Source: Entomortierella parvispora E1425
Taxonomy: Eukaryota; Fungi; Mortierellomycota
NCBI GenBank assembly: GCA_020891255.1
Contig: BQFW01000009.1
Location: 930,001-994,000 of the forward strand
Reading direction: 5' to 3'
Length of the DNA: 64,000 nt
Positions 59,957 to 64,000 of the stretch are shown here, in pieces. How positions within the stretch are numbered: position 1 is the stretch's first letter; each line of letters starts with the position of its first letter. Under the pieces are notes generated by a model. That model was given only the letters and a program-made list of their open reading frames with translations. It was not told the DNA's origin and searched no databases. The position numbers and the translations under genes are program-made.

Positions 59957-60439
59957 CGTAGAATAGCGGAGCAGGACTGATGATGCACGGTGATGATGAA
60001 AATAAAGAGAGATGGAGGGCCGATTGAATGATGTCCTTGCTGGTGAATGGTACGCCCAATGCATCTTTGAACAGCAAACACCACAAAAAAAAGAAAAAAG
60101 GCATCCCGTGACTGCTTATTGAGGCAATCTAAACACAAGCCACACTCAATTGGGCTTCGTCACATGATTCAGGCGCTGGGTGCGACTGGGTGCAGAACGG
60201 TTTTACGCGACTGACCAGACGCGCAGCAACGGTTCACACAGTTTCTAACGCTGAATAGGACCCGAAAGGTATCTACCCGAAGAACTACACTTGGGGAGAA
60301 ACATACTCTGCACTAGTAGTCAAATGAGTAAGGACGGCCTCTGCCTCCAAACAAAAGCCCAGTATTTATTCTCTCTCTTTTTTTTTTTTACTGTTTTTCA
60401 AAAAAACAACCCACACCACCTACAGCCATCATCATAACC

Positions 60440-61865
60440 ATGACTAGTCCGCTCGATTTCCCAGAGATCCTGTTAAATATTGGTCTCTGCATCCCACTCT
60501 GGTCCCGAGATGACCCAAGGCTCCAAGTGATGAAGTTCCGTCCACCGTTCCCCAAGAAGTTCAAGATGCATCCTCAAGATCTTGTGGCCTGTACCTCTGT
60601 CAACCGGATGTGGCGTTGCACGCTTTTACCTCTCCTATGGGCTGTGTATGAGGACCTCGAGATGAAAAAATGGGTCCCACCAACAGGACCTCGAAAAACA
60701 CGGTCATGGTACGGCAGTTTAAGCTTTAACAATTGGGACATCCCTGCCGACATCCTGGAGGCCCAGAGCATTCATTTCAAATACGTGGCCCTGTACAGGC
60801 CATGGCCCCCAGGTACACTAAAGGCAACCAAGATTCGGGATCTTACAACGACCTCAGATGTTCTCCAAGCGAATATGGATCTGTTGCGCTCCAACCCGCA
60901 GCTGTCTGTGCTGAATCTGAAGTGTTGCTCGGGCCTTGATTTCGATACTCGCTATCCTGCCTTCGAGTCTGTTACAAGTCTAAAGTCCCTCCAAATGAGC
61001 TATGTGATCATTCGTGATCCAACTCGGTTCGTCCGATTCTTGAACAACAACTATGGATTGGAGGAGCTGATGCTGTCACGAATGGAGGGACTGGTTGTCT
61101 TTGAGGGCTGTGAGCGCTTGAGTCAGATGACGGACATTCGGCTCCTCGACATGTCTTGGCAGTCCAATCCTGCAAAGAAACTGCCCGCAGCTTGCGTCGA
61201 TCAAGTATCACACTTACGAGCGAGTGCAGTCCGAGTCCGAGTCCGAGCATGAGACGATTGCCATGATTCAATCATCTTCTCGGCTCACACATTTTAAAGC
61301 GCCCCCTCTCTTGTTCACGGACAATATTTGTAATGCGTTTCTCGCAAATGCGGACTGGCTGGAAACTTTGGAACTGCGTTTTGGTGGATGGAAGAGAGAG
61401 AACAGCGCACCAAGCCTGGGTAGGATTTTGGTCCGTTGTCGAAACCTCCGGTACCTGAAGATCGAACATGGTCATGGACACAATGATTGGGAATCCACGC
61501 TTCCAGAAGTGGTGCAATGGCCCCGTGAGCCTTGGAGCTGCTTGCAGCTCGAGAAGATCAACCTGGGTGGATTTGTCTTTCCACATGATGTGTCAAGCTT
61601 AAACGACAGGAATTTGGATTTGGACGAAGGTGAGGATGCCACATCTCACCATTCGAAAATCGACACCCCATTCTTGAAGGACATCTCGAGTCAAGGTTGG
61701 GTGCATCCAGACTATTTCCCGGACACTGTTCTTATATCTGCAGATATGCGACTTATGCGGAAATGGATCTTTGAGCAAACACGAAGCTTTTCAAAGTTGT
61801 ACAGGATCATAGCTGAATCATATGAATATCTGAACATGGACCGGATGCCTCACTATATTACATAA
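60440..61865 (+). pseudogene. F-box/LRR paralog A, frameshifted by a ~95-nt deletion
   Basis: F-box-like start PLDFPEILLNIG..QDLVACTSVNRMWR.TLLPLLW. Compared with paralog B, about 95 nt are missing between 61168 and 61169. The frame stops at 61252 and the homologous C-terminus continues in ORF 61224-61865. Confidence 0.75.
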
Positions 61866-62177
61866 CATCAGTGCCCTTTTTTAAAAAAAATAAAAAATAT
61901 TTTATCTTTGGGCAAAACTGAAGGTCAGTAGAGGTTGAAGTTGATACAGTATCCAGAAAGTGCGGCAGCAACAAGGATACAAATTAGTTCGGGGGGGGGG
62001 GGGGGCATGACCTGCACTTCGCCACAACAGTCAAATGAGCAGGGACGACCCATTGCCCCCAACCCGTACAAGAGCCGAATATAAATACTTTCGCCCAATT
62101 CTTTTTTTTTTTCTAACCATTCATCAACAAGAACTTTGCCTTCCCTTCCATCACACCCAAATCTACCATCAGTACCA

Positions 62178-63903
62178 ATGGCCAGTCCTCTTGACATCCC
62201 GGAATTGCTTTTGAAAGTTGGTGGCTACCTCCCACTCTGGTTTCCAGATGACACAAAGTACGAGGTGAACCGTCCATCGTATTACAAGAGATTCAAGATG
62301 CATCCGCAGGATCTTGTGGCCTGTACCTCTGTAAACCGGATCTGGCGTCACACACTTCTGCCTCTTTTATGGGCTATGTATGAGGAACTCGAGATGAGAG
62401 ACTTGGAGATATCTGTCGATGCTCGAAGATGCAATAGTAAAGGCCAAGGGAAGAGCACGAAGATTGAATGATGTTTATTGATATGAAGTCCGGGTATTTA
62501 TACTAAAGGTTGCGGTGGTGGCAATGGTGGCAATGGTTGTAGTTGACCCTTTGTTTGTGGCTTTGTGAGTGAAGGCGCTGCACGGTCAGTCTGATTTGAC
62601 TGTTGCACGAGGTCTATTTGTTTGCAGAAGAACACACGAGGGTTGGAACGGCAATGTAGGTTTCAACAATTGGGACATCCCTGCCAAGATCCTGGAAGCC
62701 CAGAGCATTCATTTCAAATACGTAACCCTGACCATGCCATGGCCCCCAGGTACACTAAAGGCAACCAAGATTCGGGATCTTACAACGACCACAGCCTTTC
62801 TCCAAACAAATATGGATTTGTTGCGCTCCAACCCGCAATTGTCGGCGCTGAACTTGAAGTGTTGCTGGCGCAATCATTTCGATTCTCTTCATCCAGCCTT
62901 CGAGTCTGTTTCAAGTCTGAAATCCCTCCAGGTCACCAATGCAACCATTGGCGACCCAAAACGATTCATTCGATTCTTGAGCCACAACTATGGATTGGAG
63001 AAACTGACGCTATCAGAAGTGAAAGGACTGGTGGTCTTTGAGAGCTGTGAGCGCTTGAGTCAGATGACGGACATCCGGCTCCTCGATATCTCTTGGCGGT
63101 CCAATTCAGGCCTTGTTCAGCTTTTCCTGTGCACTCCGAACCTTCGCACCCTAGATGTCTATGTCGACGACGACTGCCCTTTTGCGGAGCTGGCACGGAC
63201 CCTACAAAGACGCTGTCCACAGCTCGCGTCGATCAAGTGTCGGTGGTGCGAGCGTGAAGAGGCCGAGTCCGAGACGGTTGCCATAATCCAAGCAGCTTCT
63301 CGACTCACACACTTTTCATCGTGTCCTTCCGCGCTCACCGATAACATTTGTGATGCGTTTCTCGCACATGCAAACTGGATAGAAACCATAGACTTGGTTT
63401 TTGATGGATGGAATAGAGAGTATACTGCGCCGAGCCTGGGTAGGATTATGGTTCATTGTCGAAACCTCCGACACCTAAAGATCCGTCATGGTCATGGACA
63501 CCACGATAGGGAATCCACGCCTCCAGAAGAAGTGCAATGGCCTCGTGAGCCTTGGGGCTGTTTGCAGCTTGAAATAATCGCCCTAGGCGGATTTGTTTTT
63601 GAACATGAACCTTCTCTTTTTGTTGATCCTACGGACGAGGAGCCGGCTTTGGACGAAAGTGAGGAGGTCATACCCCACCATTCCAAAGTCGACATGCCAT
63701 TCATCAGAGACATTTCGAGCCGAGGTTGGGTGTACACGGTCAAGTACCCAGATTTTGTTTGCTCAACGTCCACAAATCTGCGGCTTATGAGGAACTGGAT
63801 CTTTGAGCACACACGCGACTTTTCAGAGCTGCACACGATCAAAGCTGAAAACTATGAGTACCTGAACTTGGGCAGGAAGAGCAGGATGGCATACAATAAA
63901 TAA
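62178..63903 (+). CDS. F-box/LRR paralog B, interrupted by a ~230-nt insertion or intron (may be a pseudogene)
   Basis: MASPLDIPELLLKVGG..QDLVACTSVNRIWRHTLLPLLW reads to a stop at 62471. Homology to paralog A resumes at about 62650 (GFNNWDIPA.ILEAQSIHFKY) and runs to 63903. Confidence 0.65.
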
Positions 63904-64000
63904 AGCATATACAATGCCTTCCGTTTCTCTCGTTGTTCTCTGTCAGCAATCCACACCAAATATTCTTTCTTTACACTTTGTTTTATTATTGTGTTTTCCT

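Overview
Intron-rich fungal genomic DNA. The gene content (arachidonic-acid-pathway Delta5 desaturase, sterol Delta7 reductase, F-box/LRR-type expansions) points to Mortierellaceae (Mucoromycota); this assignment is an inference. Most of the window is dense housekeeping and lipid genes: a GNAT fragment, an HTATIP2/FMP52-like oxidoreductase, DHCR7, a ~2,825-aa sacsin-like/BTB protein, an F-box gene, phospholipase D, Delta5 desaturase, an unknown gene head-to-head with SSU72, a FIST-domain gene, MED6, homocitrate synthase, copine, BFR1, ClpX, a RimL-type GNAT, UTP8/NOL11 and two decaying F-box paralogs. The exception is a ~10.7-kb mobile-element island (~37.3-48.0 kb) between copine and BFR1. 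It holds (i) a 7-exon, ~1,637-aa Fanzor (eukaryotic TnpB-like RNA-guided nuclease) gene with a complete rearranged RuvC triad and zinc finger, (ii) a downstream array of five GC-rich multi-branch hairpin units with compensatory changes, (iii) a tandemly duplicated Helitron-type 3' terminus (hairpin + CTAG|T), and (iv) an apparently intact PIF/Harbinger transposon (DDE transposase + Myb/SANT gene). Exon models were spliced by hand from GT-AG signals and frame continuity; no database searches or folding programs were run.
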